From: Paraspadella gotoi
Taxonomy: Eukaryota; Animalia; Chaetognatha
Direction of reading: 5' to 3'
Length of the DNA: 64,000 nt
Assembly (NCBI GenBank): GCA_051294375.1
Contig: CM119271.1
Span: 9,820,291-9,884,290, forward strand
A model generated the notes under the pieces. That model saw nothing but the letters and a program-made list of their open reading frames with translations, did not search any database and had not been told where the DNA came from. Of the stretch, positions 1-12,599 are shown piece after piece (positions within the stretch are counted from its first letter, which is position 1; each line of letters begins with the position of its first letter). Made by a program: the position numbers and the translations under genes.

Positions 1-204
1 AGGTGAGAGGGGCGTGGTAGAAGATGATGGTGGGTAGTATTAGCGGTAGGTTTAAAACTTTAAACGAGGACAGTTGAATGTAATAAATGAAATACAAAAA
101 AGTTAATGTACACGATTTTAAAAAAAAAAGAAGAAAAAAACATTCTAGACAATGTTGCCACTGTCCACTGACCTTTTGGCGTTTTTTTATTTTTCACTTT
201 TAAG

Positions 205-771
205 GGCTCCTTCCAAACCGGGCCTGGGTCTTTGGAACAACTCGCCGGTCTTGTTGGAAGACGAATATGCGTCTCCAAGTTGGTGGATTAAGAAAACTAC
301 GATTAAGCCGTGGGCAATTTTTTCTTCATCTACATTTTACAGCGAACCCCGCGGCGAGACGAGAGTTTAAAGACTTCAAAGAAAAAAAAGGGGTTTTACC
401 CCTCATGAGCCGAATCGTGTTATGTTGGCAAAGAAAACAAACCCAGTCGAAAGTTAACTTTCGATTGAAGCAAGCTTTGGATCAAGCTTTGGATCAAGCT
501 CGTCACGAGGCCGCCGGACGATGACTTCCGGATGATCGCTTGAACCTCACAAAAGATATCGATGCACGCTGACCTCGGAGTTGAGACTTGAAAAAGGCGC
601 CGAACTCAACCACAATAAGGAAACAAATTATTAAAAACAACGAACGACCAAAAAAAAAGGAGGGACGACGACAACCAAACAAACCAACAACCATCTTGCA
701 ACAACAAAAACGGCTACTTGGGCGACGACTATGACGACGACGACGACGATTTAGCAGCAATGAAAGTATAA
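205..771 (+). CDS. Probable terminal exon of an upstream gene; death-fold-like helical region followed by an Asn/Asp-rich tail (frameshifted, probably by sequencing errors)
   Basis: Donor AG|GTGAGA at 1-8 and acceptor ...cacttttaag|G at 204/205. Reads GSFQTGPGSLEQLAGLVG, then (frame change near 260-266) RLQVGGLRKL...LMSRIVLCWQRKQTQSKVNFRLKQALDQA, then ...NNKNGYLGDDYDDDDDDLAAMKV* (TAA 769-771). Domain identity is inferred from the W...L..AL pattern only. Confidence 0.35.
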
Positions 772-1084
772 TGGAGAGAGCAACGAATCGGCAGGGGATG
801 GGAAACGAAATATGCGTTTGTGTGAGGTCGGTGGAACGGGCATGTGGAAATCGAAGCTTGGTGGAGTGGTGGAACGGGGTTTGTGGAAAGAATGCAGAGG
901 AAAGTGGAATGGAATTGCGAAAGAAAGACGTGAATGGATTGGATTCATACGGGATGAATGGATTTTCTGAGAAATGACATCGGGGGCCGCGCTGGATGAT
1001 TATGAGACGGAACACGAATGAGATTTGGAGGGAGAAAATCTAGTATCAAAAGGCGGAGAGGATTGATTTTGGTTTTGTGGAGTT

Positions 1085-1472
1085 GAAGAACAGAGGATTA
1101 GCTGACATATTAATTTGAGACTGGCCTGATGAATTGGAGGACTGACAAATTGAATTGAGACTAACAGATGATAGACGACTGCACAAACTTGAATTTGAGA
1201 CTGGCTGATGAATGGGAGACTGACAAATGGAAATTGAAGATTAACAGAGTGGATTAGAGACTGAGCAAATTGAATTTTGAGACTGGGCTGCATGAATTTA
1301 GGAGCTGACAAATTGAATTGAAGACTATCAGATGGATTTAAAAGACTGACAAATTGAATGGACTGCTGATGAATTGGGAGACTGACAAATGAATTGGAAG
1401 ACTAAACAGATGGATTAGAAGTACTGACAAATTGAATTTGAGGACTGGCTGATGGAAATGGGAGACTGACAA
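1085..1472. repeat. Degenerate minisatellite, ~33-35 bp subunits (GACTGACAAATTGAATT(T)GAGACT...)
   Basis: GACTGACAAAT(T)GAATT recurs about every 33-35 bp, alternating with GGCTGATGAATGGGA and AACAGATGGATTAGA. Confidence 0.8.
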
Positions 1473-1939
1473 GTTTTATTAAAGTTTGATGGATGTGATT
1501 ATGACAGCCTGACTTAGTGAAAAGACGTGCCGGCAAGAAGATGGATTTAGCAGACGGGACGGACGGAAGACGGATCGAGGAGGTCAGTTTTATGTGATTA
1601 ATATTTTGATTAATTATGTGAATAATGAGTATTGATATGTAATATACAGCATTGTCTAGTTGAAGTGCATTAACCGCTATTCAAGAAGGAACGCACGTGA
1701 GAGAGATGGAGAGAGAGAGAGAGAGAAGGAGAGAAGAGAGAGAGACGAGAGAGAGAGAAGAGAGATGAGAGAGAGAGAGAGAGAGAGGTATAAGTGAAGA
1801 AGAGTATCAGTTGACATTGAAGGATGCGCGGGTGGGCCGACTAATGGGGACGAACGGACGTACTGACGCCGGACGGAATTTTTCGGGTCAGAAAGATGCG
1901 AAGTTGGACGGAGATGGAAAAGGGAAATGTATGTATGCG

Positions 1940-2122
1940 CCGGCCAGCCGCCGCCGCCCGCCGCCAGCCGCCAGCGCCAGCCGCCAGCCGCCAGCCGCCA
2001 GCCGCCAAGCGCCAGCCGCCAGCCGCCAAGCCCCAGCCGCCAGCCCCAGCCGCCAGCCGCCAGCCGCCAGCCGCCAGCCGCAGCACGCAGACCGCCAGCC
2101 GGCCCCGCCGCTGCCAGCCGAG
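1940..2122. repeat. (GCCGCCA)n heptamer tandem repeat
   Basis: Direct runs of gccgcca/gccagcc; these explain the P/A/S/R/Q ORFs in the ORF track. Confidence 0.9.
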
Positions 2123-3257
2123 CCTCTCTCGCGAATATATACGCCGTTAACGCACTGGCCGCCGTTTCTAAAATATGAAATTATATGTTATTATGCGTAT
2201 CTTCGCTTTTGGTCTAAAAGCTTACGTACGTCAGAAAATTAAAATTGACGTGAGGATTAGACGTACGGGGGCCGGGGCCCGTACCCGCGAGTACGGGCGT
2301 AACGAAAAGGAAACTATCGAGTTGTTAAAAAATATATTTGTAATTTTAGTTATATATAATTTTAAACATTTTTTATTTTTTGTGGAAGATTGATAAGTCT
2401 CTTGCGATGGAATTTTGTTGATCGATTGCACGTCAAGAGTTTGTTTGTCAAAAACTGACCGCAGGCTTTTTGGCAACCGGAAATGAGAGACCAATAGGAA
2501 CAAATTAATTGATGAAAATGAAACAGGTCGGTAACGAACAGGAAATGAAAGACTGGAACACTGAACAAGAAACGAAATATACAATCGAATAAAGAAACAA
2601 ACTTTGATAAAAGAATAAAGGAGCTTACTTTTCGGAAAGAAATAAGAAATAAACAATAAAAGACACCAACAAAATGAGAAATCTGTAAAGGAACAAGGAA
2701 CCAGAACATTGGAAATGAACTAGAAAACGAACAAAGGAAAAGTGGCTAAAAGAGAACAAGATTTAACATAAAAAGAATAGAAAAACAAACAGGATACGAA
2801 CAATGGAAAATTAACGTGCTTAAAAAACGATGGAAACGAACGAGCGGAAACGAACAACTGGAAACGACACGATTTCAAAAATGAAGCCGAAATAACAATA
2901 GACCTTGCGATCTAGCCGGAAAGGAAGCCATAGAGAAGAAGTGGAAAACTGATAAGAATCGGGCCAGCGATAAAAAGTCTGGAGAAAGGCAAAACTCAAG
3001 AGACGCTCTGTCTTCAAAAGGTACATTTGATTCGAGATCGAGAGCAGAGAAAAGAGGAGAGAGATTCGAGAGAATGAGACGGAGAGAGAGAGAGAGAGGC
3101 GGGAGGAGACGAGAGAGAGGAGAGAGAGAAAATGTTTCAAGTAGCATTTAATTCGATGTCACGTGAATCAGTCCAGTGACGAGTGAATGTAACACTGTGA
3201 ACCGAATCGTTTTTTCCGTTTTTTGACGGCGAAGACCTTTAGGATTTTTTATTACCA

Positions 3258-3455
3258 TTTTTTAGTTTGGCGCCGCGAGTACTCGCGGAGCAGCCCATAA
3301 GTCACTCGCGGCCGGCGCGCATATCTCTGTCCGTCGGTCTGTTTCACTTACGTTAAAAAATGGCCCAAAAGTTTGATTTCTCATTGTTAAGAGCAAGAAA
3401 AAACCTCAAACATAAGCGACTGCTAGCGCCGCCTTCAGGAAATCCTAAACTTTAA
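3258..3455 (+). mobile_element. Non-autonomous Helentron/DINE-1-like element (family A), copy 1, truncated at gap
   Basis: T-run, perfect 16-bp palindrome CCGCGAGTACTCGCGG (3273-3288), GTCC/GTCT-like short repeat, then a core (ttacgttaaaaa...ctcatt..gttaaga...aaaaacctcaaa...gactgctagcgccgccttcagga) shared with 5329-5778, 11635-12004 and 19876-20205 in the opposite orientation. Confidence 0.6.
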
Positions 3456-5328
3456 TCTACTCTCTTTTTNNNNNNNNNNNNNNNNNNNNNNNNNATCGAG
3501 GACAAAGGACGAAGGACAAATAAAGCCGAAAGAATCAAGGACGATGAAAAGAGCAAAGATAAAAGGACAAAGAGAAAAGCAAAATCGAGGACAAAGGACA
3601 AAGCAAAGATGGGAGAACAAAGAAAAAATCTAAAAATGAGAAGACAAAGTAAAGAGCTAAGTTTTCTGACAAAGCAAAGACCAGAGAATCAGGACAAAGC
3701 CAAAACACCTAAGAAGATAGGACAAAGAAAACAGCTAAGTTTTATGACAAAGCAAAGACCAAAGATCGAGGAACAAAAGCAAAGATCACAAATGGCGGAC
3801 GAAAAAAAGAAAACTAAGCCAAATCTCCGCCTCTTCTGGGTTCTTCATCCGTCCTCCACAAAGACTCGTGAACGAAGACGCGAAACCGGGCGCCTTTAAT
3901 GACGTCATTGCGGCGTCATGAACGCCGCGGCGTCAAGAGCGCCGCGATTTCGCGCGAAGAGAGGCGCATTTTTCTTTCTTCCGGCGCTCATCTTCTCGAC
4001 CGATTTACGGCGCGGCCGCTGCTGTCGCCGACGCCGCGGTAGACGCCGCCGCCGCTCTACGTACCAAACGCCCTTATTTTTGCCGCGCTCCATGCGTCGA
4101 GTTTGACTCAGTTTAATTTCTAGGCGGCGCTGCTTTTTGATTTGGGCCGGATACGGACCTCACGTTTTATATCATGCTTAGAGGGAGACGTGTTTCCTTT
4201 CGTAACTGTAGTTCAGCGGGTCCCTCCGTCGGTCCGTCTGTCCGCTCTTCCTTCGGTCCCTTCTTTCTTCCGTCCTTTTCTACGTTAGTCCATACATGTC
4301 CGTACATGTCCGAGATCAAAACCGAAACCAAATTTTTTTCTCTTTTTCTTTTTTCGTCAAGGCGATTCCATCTCACTCCAGCGATTCCATCTCACTCTAG
4401 TATGGCGCCATGGAAATGATCGCATCGTGATTCTTGCCCGAGTCTCCACCGACCCCGCACTCAGATTGCCTACTGAAACAAAATCCAAGGAAATCGTTGA
4501 TTCCGCGTGACTATCACAAATAAAAAAACCCCGTACAATGTAACAATCACTATCATTATCATCGCCACTCGTTGCAACAGGAGCATCGCTGACTCATTTC
4601 TCAGCCACCATCGTCGCCATCTTTTACCACCACCCAACCACCACCCAACCATCTACCCACCACCCAACCACCGCCGCCACTCCCTCCTCTCCCCCCCCCC
4701 AAGCCTCGTCACGCCTTGGCCTTTCCAACCCTTCGGTTTCCATGTTCCTCTACCCGGTGTTCTAAAGCGAATGACATCCATCATACCCTAAACGTTAAGA
4801 TTAGATCATATATATTTATATCGTTGGTTAAAGGATTGTGAGATGTTTTTATAAATAAATTTTATTTCATTTTTTATTTTAAGTTACTATTTTTTTTTTT
4901 TTTTTGCATAAAGTATTAGAATTACTTAAAAAAATGATAGGTCTACTCGATGCTGTATGTGTTTAATCTAAACAAAAAATGAGAATTATTTCAATTAATT
5001 TAAATTGTTTTTAAATTTAGATTTTTTTATCCTAATATTGTTAAATAATAAAATAGGGAAAAAATTAATTGTTTAATTTCTTACTTATTTTTTTTTTAAA
5101 TTTTAAAATATGAAAACAAATTATGACTTAACATTAAGTAATCACTACATTTGAAGAAAAAGTTCAGTAACTGGTTATCAAACAAAATAAAATTTTAAAA
5201 AACCCACTATAATCCAATAAATACAATTAATAAAAAGATTCCGGCTTTTAAGTGTCATTCGAGATAGTCCACTGGGTAGTTGGGCCTTCGACTCTGTTTT
5301 GCTTGAAACGAAACTGAGAAAAAGACTG

Positions 5329-5778
5329 AAACAAGAACGTTAATTCTAATGTGTTGCGCCGCAGTGATATCTTTCATTCTTTATAGTTTTAGGAATTCCT
5401 GAAGGAGGCGCTAGCAGTCCCTTAGAGTTGAGGTTTTTTTCTGTCTTAACAAATGAGCAACCAACTANNNNNNNNNNNNNNNNNNNNNNNNNNNNNNNNN
5501 NNNNNNNNNNNNNNNNNNNNNNNNNNNNNNNNNNNNNNNNNNNNNNNNNNNNNNNNNNNNNNNNNNNNNNNNNNNNNNNNNNNNNNNNNNNNNNNNNNNN
5601 NNNNNNNNNNNNNNNNNNNNNNNNNNNNNNNNNNNNNNNNNNNNNNNNNNNNNNNNNNNNNNNNNNNNNNNNNNNNNNNNNNNNNNNNNNNNNNNNNNNN
5701 NNNNNNNNNNNNNNNNNNNNNNNNNNNNNNNNNNNNNNATAGAGTTGCTCCGCGAGTACTCGCGGCGAAACTAAAAAA
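5329..5778 (-). mobile_element. Family A Helentron/DINE-like element, copy 2 (internal N gap)
   Basis: Begins ACAAGAACG.TAATT..AATGTGTTGCGCCGCAGTGA, contains GGCGCTAGCAGTCCCTTAGA.TTGAGG, ends AGAGTTGCTCCGCGAGTACTCGCGGCGAAACTAAAAAA. Confidence 0.65.
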
Positions 5779-6982
5779 CTCTGTGGAACCGAAACGTCTT
5801 TTTTCTTTCTCGACCTTCAAATTCCTTTCCTTTTTTTCTCTCCTTTTTTTTTTTGCTCTTTTTCTTCCCTTTCTCCTTGGCGCGTTTAAGGGAAAAAAAC
5901 GTCATGGGAGAATAATTGGCTGGATTTTCACTTGGGAGAGTAAACAAACTTGGTATGTGCAAAGTCAGTTTTTGAGTTTTGAGTTTTAAAAAAAAAACGT
6001 TTATTCATTGAAAGTTGTTTTTTTTAGTAAGAATTATTTCCTGACGAAGCTGAGTCGACGTTTTTAGAAATTGGCGTCGATTTCTTTTTTTTTTTTTTTT
6101 NNNNNNNNNNNNNNNNNNNNNNNNNNNNNNNNNNNNNNNNNNNNNNNNNNNNNNNNNNNNNNNNNNNNNNNNNNNNNNNNNNNNNNNNNNNNNNNNNNNN
6201 NNNNNNNNNNNNNNNNNNNNNNNNNNNNNNNNNNNNNNNNNNNNNNNNNNNNNNNNNNNNNNNNNNNNNNNNNNNNNNNNNNNNNNNNNNNNNNNNNNNN
6301 NNNNNNNNNNNGAGAGAGAGACAAAAGCGATGGCGGGAAAAGAGAGTGGGAAAAGACGGGGACAGTTGCGGAGGTAATGAGATTTGAGTCTGCAACGTGA
6401 TGGACAACGGCTGAATGTAGCGCTGAATCAAGGACAACTGAATTAGGAACAACCGAATCTAGAACGAATTAAATCTAAAACTAATGGGGGAGTGAAAAAC
6501 GAGATTTTCAAACAACTCTTACAACACTCAACATTTAAACAAATTAACGAAAGGTTAAACAACAGCTTCGTCCCGATCAATCGAGTTTTGACGAGAGTGA
6601 CTGAATTAATGTAATTAATGTAGACAACAGCTCGGTCCTCCTCATTGGAATAGACAGAACAACATTAAGTGAATAACGCCTCAGAAAATCTTCGCTTCTC
6701 GAAGCCTAAGATTCTTTTCTTTCTCTTCTCCCAACGTATAAATCTCTTTCTATCGCCGCCATTTTAGTCCAAAGCCGGATTGTATTACGAAGCGTGGAGT
6801 TGGTTTTCTTGCGCGAACCAATCGATTGATTAATGGTTGCAATACTATTATTTTTTTTTTAACAAAGGCTTTTTTATTCTGCTTTCTTTTTTTTTTCTTA
6901 TTCTTTCAAGCGAAGCGAACATCTGGAATCCAAAGATTTTTTCGCGGGAAATCAAACCAAGATTAATTAATGCGACCAAGAT

Positions 6983-7013
<31 letters not shown>

Positions 7014-7523
7014 NNNNNNNNNNNNNNNNNNNNNNNNNNNNNNNNNNNNNNNNNNTCCTCTCTCTCTCTCTCTCTCTCTTTTCTCTCTCTCTCTCTCCCT
7101 CTCCTCTTTTCTCTCTCGTCTCGTCTTCTCTTCGTCTCTCTCTGGTCGCTGTTTTCCAAAATTTTCCGCACCTCTTGCCTCTAAAAAACCTTCTTTGTGA
7201 TTGGTGAGTCAGGAGACAGGTGGACCAATCACGAATTGTCCGATAGTTAAGTGGCCGTCCCTGACGCATAGTTACTTCTTTATCTACTGTATAATTTCAT
7301 TGCATCGATTCCTCTTAAAGTACGCAAATACCTTCTAGAATATTTTGCTCTACGATAAGCAAAAACAAAAAATAGATAAATTTCAGGGAATAAAAATAAG
7401 TATCCCTAATCACCGCAAAATACAAAATAAATTTGAAATGCCCCACGTTCTCTAATTGTAGCTAATTTAACAAAATGTTCTGAAAGTATTGCTAAAGTTT
7501 TTGATACCGATATCCAAGAAATA

Positions 7524-7660
<137 letters not shown>

Positions 7661-8024
7661 AATAGAAAAACCAAATTTCATTATTAATCTGATCCCCATC
7701 GACTTTCTTCTTTTTCTTTCCATTTGCTTTTTCTGTCAGAATGACTCATCTTTTGAAGACATAATCCCCGCACATTGCCTGGTCGCGGTGATAGTTGGTC
7801 GCGGTGATAGTTGAGCCACAGTGATAGGGCAATCTCTCACGGGAAGAGTGTAGTACCAAACAATAAAGAGCGCCTATTTTACCATAATATGTACAAAACT
7901 CGGGTGTATTTAGATATACGCACCTGGGCTTTAATGTCTATCTCTCTCCCACTCTCTTTTTTGTTTCTTTCTCTCTCTCGGTCTCTCTCTCACTTGTCTC
8001 TTTAACTAACTCATCCTCTCTATC

Positions 8025-8155
<131 letters not shown>

Positions 8156-8676
8156 CCTCTCACCCCCTTCCCCGCGTTTAAGCCAGCTCTCGCTCTGACG
8201 TGTTCGCATCACGAGAGAAATAACCCGTCATCCAACTTAGACGAAAAAATCTCCGTCTGCTCCTCACCCAAAATACGCAGTGGGTCTTGGCGGGGTGAGG
8301 TTCGGGTAAGGGACGTTAGTATGAGGTTGGGAAACTATGTATGAATGTAAAACTAAGGAACGAATTTGTACTTTGTGGTGGTATATTCACACCACCTCAC
8401 GTCCACCGTTGTTCAGCCAAATCCATTGGCTCAGAGGGAGAACACACTATCCCGGCGTAGTGTTCCATTGGCGTTGGCAAAGCGAGACCGTCCTCGGGCA
8501 ACCGCGCCAGTGACTGGAGGCGTCACTGAGGGTCGGATGCCCCCAAAGCCACCAGTGAGGTGCTCCATCCCAATGGGCATCACAGGCAACCCGGCTCTTG
8601 CCATAACATAACCATTAACCAATATGAATATTATCTATACAGTATACATAAATAAATAAATAAATAAACTATACTG

Positions 8677-8805
8677 ACTTTGGACAGGCTTTAGTGGAGG
8701 TTTAAATTCGAAATTACTCACAAGAACCTGCGAGCTTTTAATCAATACTCTCCCACAGTCTAGTGTTAAATAACTCCCAGAGTAACTGGCTTTCCCACCA
8801 ATGAA
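8677..8805. repeat. Dispersed repeat family B fragment (also ~25095-25300, ~28097-28204, ~28752-28860)
   Basis: Shared blocks GACTTTGGACAGGCTT..., CCTGC.AGCTTT.AATCAA.ACTCTC, CCCAGAGTA.CTGGCTT, and AAATTGGTACAACCAAT...TATCCATT.ATTT.ATAAATAAG. Confidence 0.55.
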
Positions 8806-9150
8806 GTGACATGTTTTTTTACATATACATATGTCTTAATCAAATATATAAAATACAAATATCTTGAGAATAGATATTTATTTTCGTTAAAAAAAGTTGA
8901 GTTTGATTAATATCGTTTGAATTAACTGAAAGGTAACACGGTTGTGTAAAAAAAAAAATATCGTTTAACGCGCCGAATACATTTGGGATTAAAACGGAAA
9001 TCGAAAATAAAGAGAAAAGATTGAAAGAAAATACACAGACTTGGAATGGAAAGGAAGAACTAGTGATCGAAAGACAATACTAACAGTGTAACAACTAACA
9101 TGTATTAAACGCAAAGACTGAAAAATCAATAATCTACGAATTTAACCTTA

Positions 9151-9339
9151 GACATTATGATCCTTTCGTTTCGTCGTGGTTGAGATTTAGAAAGGAGTTT
9201 GAAATGGATTCAACAACGATTTATTTGAAACAATAATATTAACGGACATGTTTCGGCTCTTGTTCAAGCCTTCATCAGCGTTTGATGAATATTATTGTTT
9301 CAAATAAATCGTTGTTGAATCCATTTCAAACTCTGCTCT
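9151..9339 (-). mobile_element. Penelope-like element (PLE) pseudo-LTR-type mini insertion with inverted repeat and 13-bp TSD
   Basis: Flanked by the direct repeat GAATTTAACCTTA (9138-9150 and 9340-9352). Perfect 46-bp inverted repeat at 9195-9240 / 9288-9333, with a hammerhead core between the arms. AATAAA on the - strand (9220-9225) and a ~44-bp unpaired tail (9151-9194). Confidence 0.75.
9241..9283 (-). ncRNA. Minimal type I hammerhead ribozyme
   Basis: - strand reads AAACG-CUGAUGA-A-GGCU(UGAACAAG)AGCC-GAAA-C(AU)G-UC^CGUU. It has the CUGAUGA and GAAA cores, stem II GGCU/AGCC, palindromic stem III ACAUGU, a GUC cleavage triplet (cut between + 9245 and 9244) and stem I AACG/CGUU. Confidence 0.8.
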
Positions 9340-10741
9340 GAATTTAACCTTAACCTAAAATTGTTTTTGAGGGCGGGAAATCTTGGGTTTCACTCGCCAG
9401 GGTCAAAAAAAATGGGGGAAAGGGAACTTCCGGTGGAAACTGAACCAAATTTTTTTTTTTTCATAAAATGAGATCGGGTCACGCCCTCGAGTGGCCACTT
9501 TTAGTCCGCCCCGGCGCCATCGCGACCTCCCGTGGCTGGTGGCGTGACCGTCGTGGCGCCGATCGACGTAGAAACGCTTGGCGCTACCTTTGAGACAAGG
9601 TCCGGATCACTGTGCAATGCTCGGTTAAACCCTTGGGTCACTGTGATCGATCTCTCGGGCGAATAGAACTGAAGTCGACGCGAAATTAATTCCGACCTGA
9701 GTACGTGCCGAGACTGGCGGGTCACGTGATAGGGTCGCGTGTCGAGGTCGTCGGGCAGGATGTTTTTTTTTTTACGGGTCGAGTGACCTAACTCTTCTTG
9801 TCGTTTAAGATCGATTGCAGAGAAAAATGTCTGGATAGTGGATACTAAAAAGGAATGCAAAGAAGGGTCTCGTGGCCGCCATGAGGGTTGTGAATGTCTG
9901 GCTAACAACGCCGAGTTGAAATTATGGTGGAACGGAACATGGGGTAGCATGGGATGGCATCGAATGGCATGGGGATGGATTGTCGTTGAGCTCTTGACTT
10001 TTTTTTTCTTCGATTAAACTTATGAGAATAATTCAAATTTCAAAATAGTTAANNNNNNNNNNNNNNNNNNNNNNNNNNNNNNNNNNNNNNNNNNNNNNNN
10101 NNNNNNNNNNNNNNNNNNNNNNNNNNNNNNNNNNNNNNNNNNNNNNNNNNNNNNNNNNNNNNNNNNNNNNNNNNNNNNNNNNNNNNNNNNNNNNNNNNNN
10201 NNNNNNNNNNNNNNNNNNNNNNNNNNNNNNNNNNNNNNNNNNNNNNNNNNNNNNNNNNNNNNNNNNNNNNNNNNNNNNNNNNNNNNNNNNNNNNNNNNNN
10301 NNNNNNNNNNNNNNNNNNNNNNNNNNNNNNNNNNNNNNNNNNNNNNNNNNNNNNNNNNNNNNNNNNNNNNNNNNNNNNNNNNNNNNNNNNNNNNNNNNNN
10401 NNNNNNNNNNNNNNNNNNNNNNNNNNNNNNNNNNNNNNNNNNNNNNNNNNNNNNNNNNNNNNNNNNNNNNNNNNNNNNNNNNNNNNNNNNNNNNNNNNNN
10501 NNNNNNNNNNNNNNNNNNNNNNNNNNNNNNNNNNNNNNNNNNNNNNNNNNNNNNNNNNNNNNNNNNNTTTTTTTTCATTTCGCTTTTCAACGGCATGAAA
10601 ATCGTTTTAATTCGTTTTAATCGCTAATTTCGTTAATCCGGTGCTCGTAATCGCGAAGCGTTGGAAAGATTTAACGAAGTCCGGAAGTGATATAAAGGAT
10701 TTTGGATGGTGGAAGGGAAGGGGATTGGGGGGGGAGAAGGG

Positions 10742-11500
10742 GTGCAGTCGTTCTGGCTCGATAGCGAGGCCCTGTGATATTTTCCGTCATCCATCCTACT
10801 AAGCTCTTATAGTGTAGTCGTTCTGGCTTGATAGCGAGAACCTGTGATATTTTCCATCATCCACCCTACTAAGCTCTTATTGTGTAGTTGTTCTGGCTCG
10901 ATAGCAAGGCCCTGTGATATTTTCCGTCATCCATCCTACTAAGCTCTTATAGTGTAGTCGTTCTGGCTCGATAGCGAGGCCCTGTGATATTTTCCATCAT
11001 CCATCCTACTAAGCTCTTATAGTGTAGTCATTCTGGATTGATAGCGAGGCCCTGTGATATTTTCTGTCATCCACCCTACTAAGCTCTTATAGTGTAGTCG
11101 TTCTGGCTTGATAGCAAGGCCCTGTGAAATTTTTCATCATCCACCCTGTTAAGCTCTTACAGTGTAGTCGTTCTGGCTCGATAGCAAGACCCTGTGATAT
11201 TTTCCATCATCCATCTTACTAAGCTCTTATAGTGTAGTCGTTCTGGCTTGATAGCAAGGCCCTGTGATATTTTACGCCATCCACCCTTCTAAGCTCTTAT
11301 AGTGTAGTCGCTCTGGCTCGATAGCAAGGCCCTGTGATATTTTCCATCATCCATCCTACTAAGCTCTTACAGTGTAGTTGTTCTGGCTTGATAGCGAGGC
11401 CCTGTGATATTTTCCGTCATCCAGCCTACTCAGCTCTTACATTGTAGTTGTTCTGGCTCGATAGCGAGAACCTGTGATATTTTTCATAATCCACCCTACT
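10742..11500. repeat. 70-bp tandem satellite, ~10.8 copies
   Basis: Unit GTGTAGTCGTTCTGGCTCGATAGCGAGGCCCTGTGATATTTTCCATCATCCATCCTACTAAGCTCTTATA starts at 10742, 10812, 10882 ... 11442 with exact 70-bp periodicity; copies differ mainly by substitutions. Confidence 0.95.
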
Positions 11501-11518
11501 GAGAATGTCAGAATGGAG

Positions 11519-11571
<53 letters not shown>

Positions 11572-11634
11572 AGGAGAGAATAGAGGAGAAAAGAAGAGAG
11601 GCGATGAAAGAAAATGTGAAAACCTGTGAATGGA

Positions 11635-12004
11635 AAAACAAGAACGGTAATTCCAATATGTTGCGCCGCAGTGACGTTATTATTTTCATTTCCTTTTGAT
11701 CCCATTATATGATATAACATGACATGACATGACATGACTAAAAAACTTTTTATTCTTTATAGTTTTAAGAATTCCACTAGCAGTCCCTTAGATTTGGATT
11801 TTTTTTTTTTTGCCTTAAAAAATGAGCAATCAAATATAGGCAAATTATATGCATTTTTAACGTAAGTGGGACAGACCGAAGGACCGACCGACCGACCGAC
11901 AGACCGACCGACCGACCGACCGACTACCGACCGACCGACCGACAGACCGACAGACCGACAGACCGACAGACCGACAGACCGAATACTCGCGGCGCAACTA
12001 AAAA
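11635..12004 (-). mobile_element. Family A Helentron/DINE-like element, copy 3 (most complete; internal (CATGA)n and (GACC/GACA)n)
   Basis: AAAACAAGAACGGTAATTCCAATATGTTGCGCCGCAGTGAC ... CTAGCAGTCCCTTAGATTTG ... GCATTTTTAACGTAAGTG (ACCG)n ... TACTCGCGGCGCAACTAAAAA. Confidence 0.7.
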
Positions 12005-12076
12005 GATGGAAGAAGAAAAACAATATATACAATACAATAAAAATAATCGAGGAAAAAGGGAAAATGGAAATAAATT

Positions 12077-12118
<42 letters not shown>

Positions 12119-12599
12119 TATGAATATGAATATGAATATGAATTAGGACTAAACCGGGGCGCATGTTTACTGTGGCCCATGAGTCATTTCGTTTACGAAA
12201 CTAAGTTAATTGGTAAAAATTCATTTTTTTAAACTCATTTTAAAATTATTTTTAAACGTGAAAATCAAATTTAAGAAACTATGTACAGACTTTCAAATTG
12301 TTAGTACGTGAATAAAAAGGAAAAATTATCAAAATTATAAAAAGATTTAAAGAGCTACAACTGTAAAAGTTATGAGTGATTATTGAAACCAGTTTAAAAA
12401 TAGAAATTGAATCAATTCACATCAACAAGTAATATTGGACGGAAAAAAAACAAACAAACAAAAAAAGAATTCAAGACTCGCAATGACAGTTCAAATCCAA
12501 AGAATGTGCTAAGGCAGATGTTTGTCGACTTCAGTTTCTCATAGCACAGTTTTCATTGGTGATATGTGTGTGTTCCGTTTGTCGTTCTCTATGTTGTGT

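Noticed and set aside
1811-2242. P/A/S/R/Q-rich ORFs in several frames
   Set aside because: Translations of the (GCCGCCA)n repeat; no splice or domain support.
10742-11500. CRISPR-like periodic array
   Set aside because: Whole 70-bp units repeat with no unique spacers, no cas genes are present and the context is eukaryotic.
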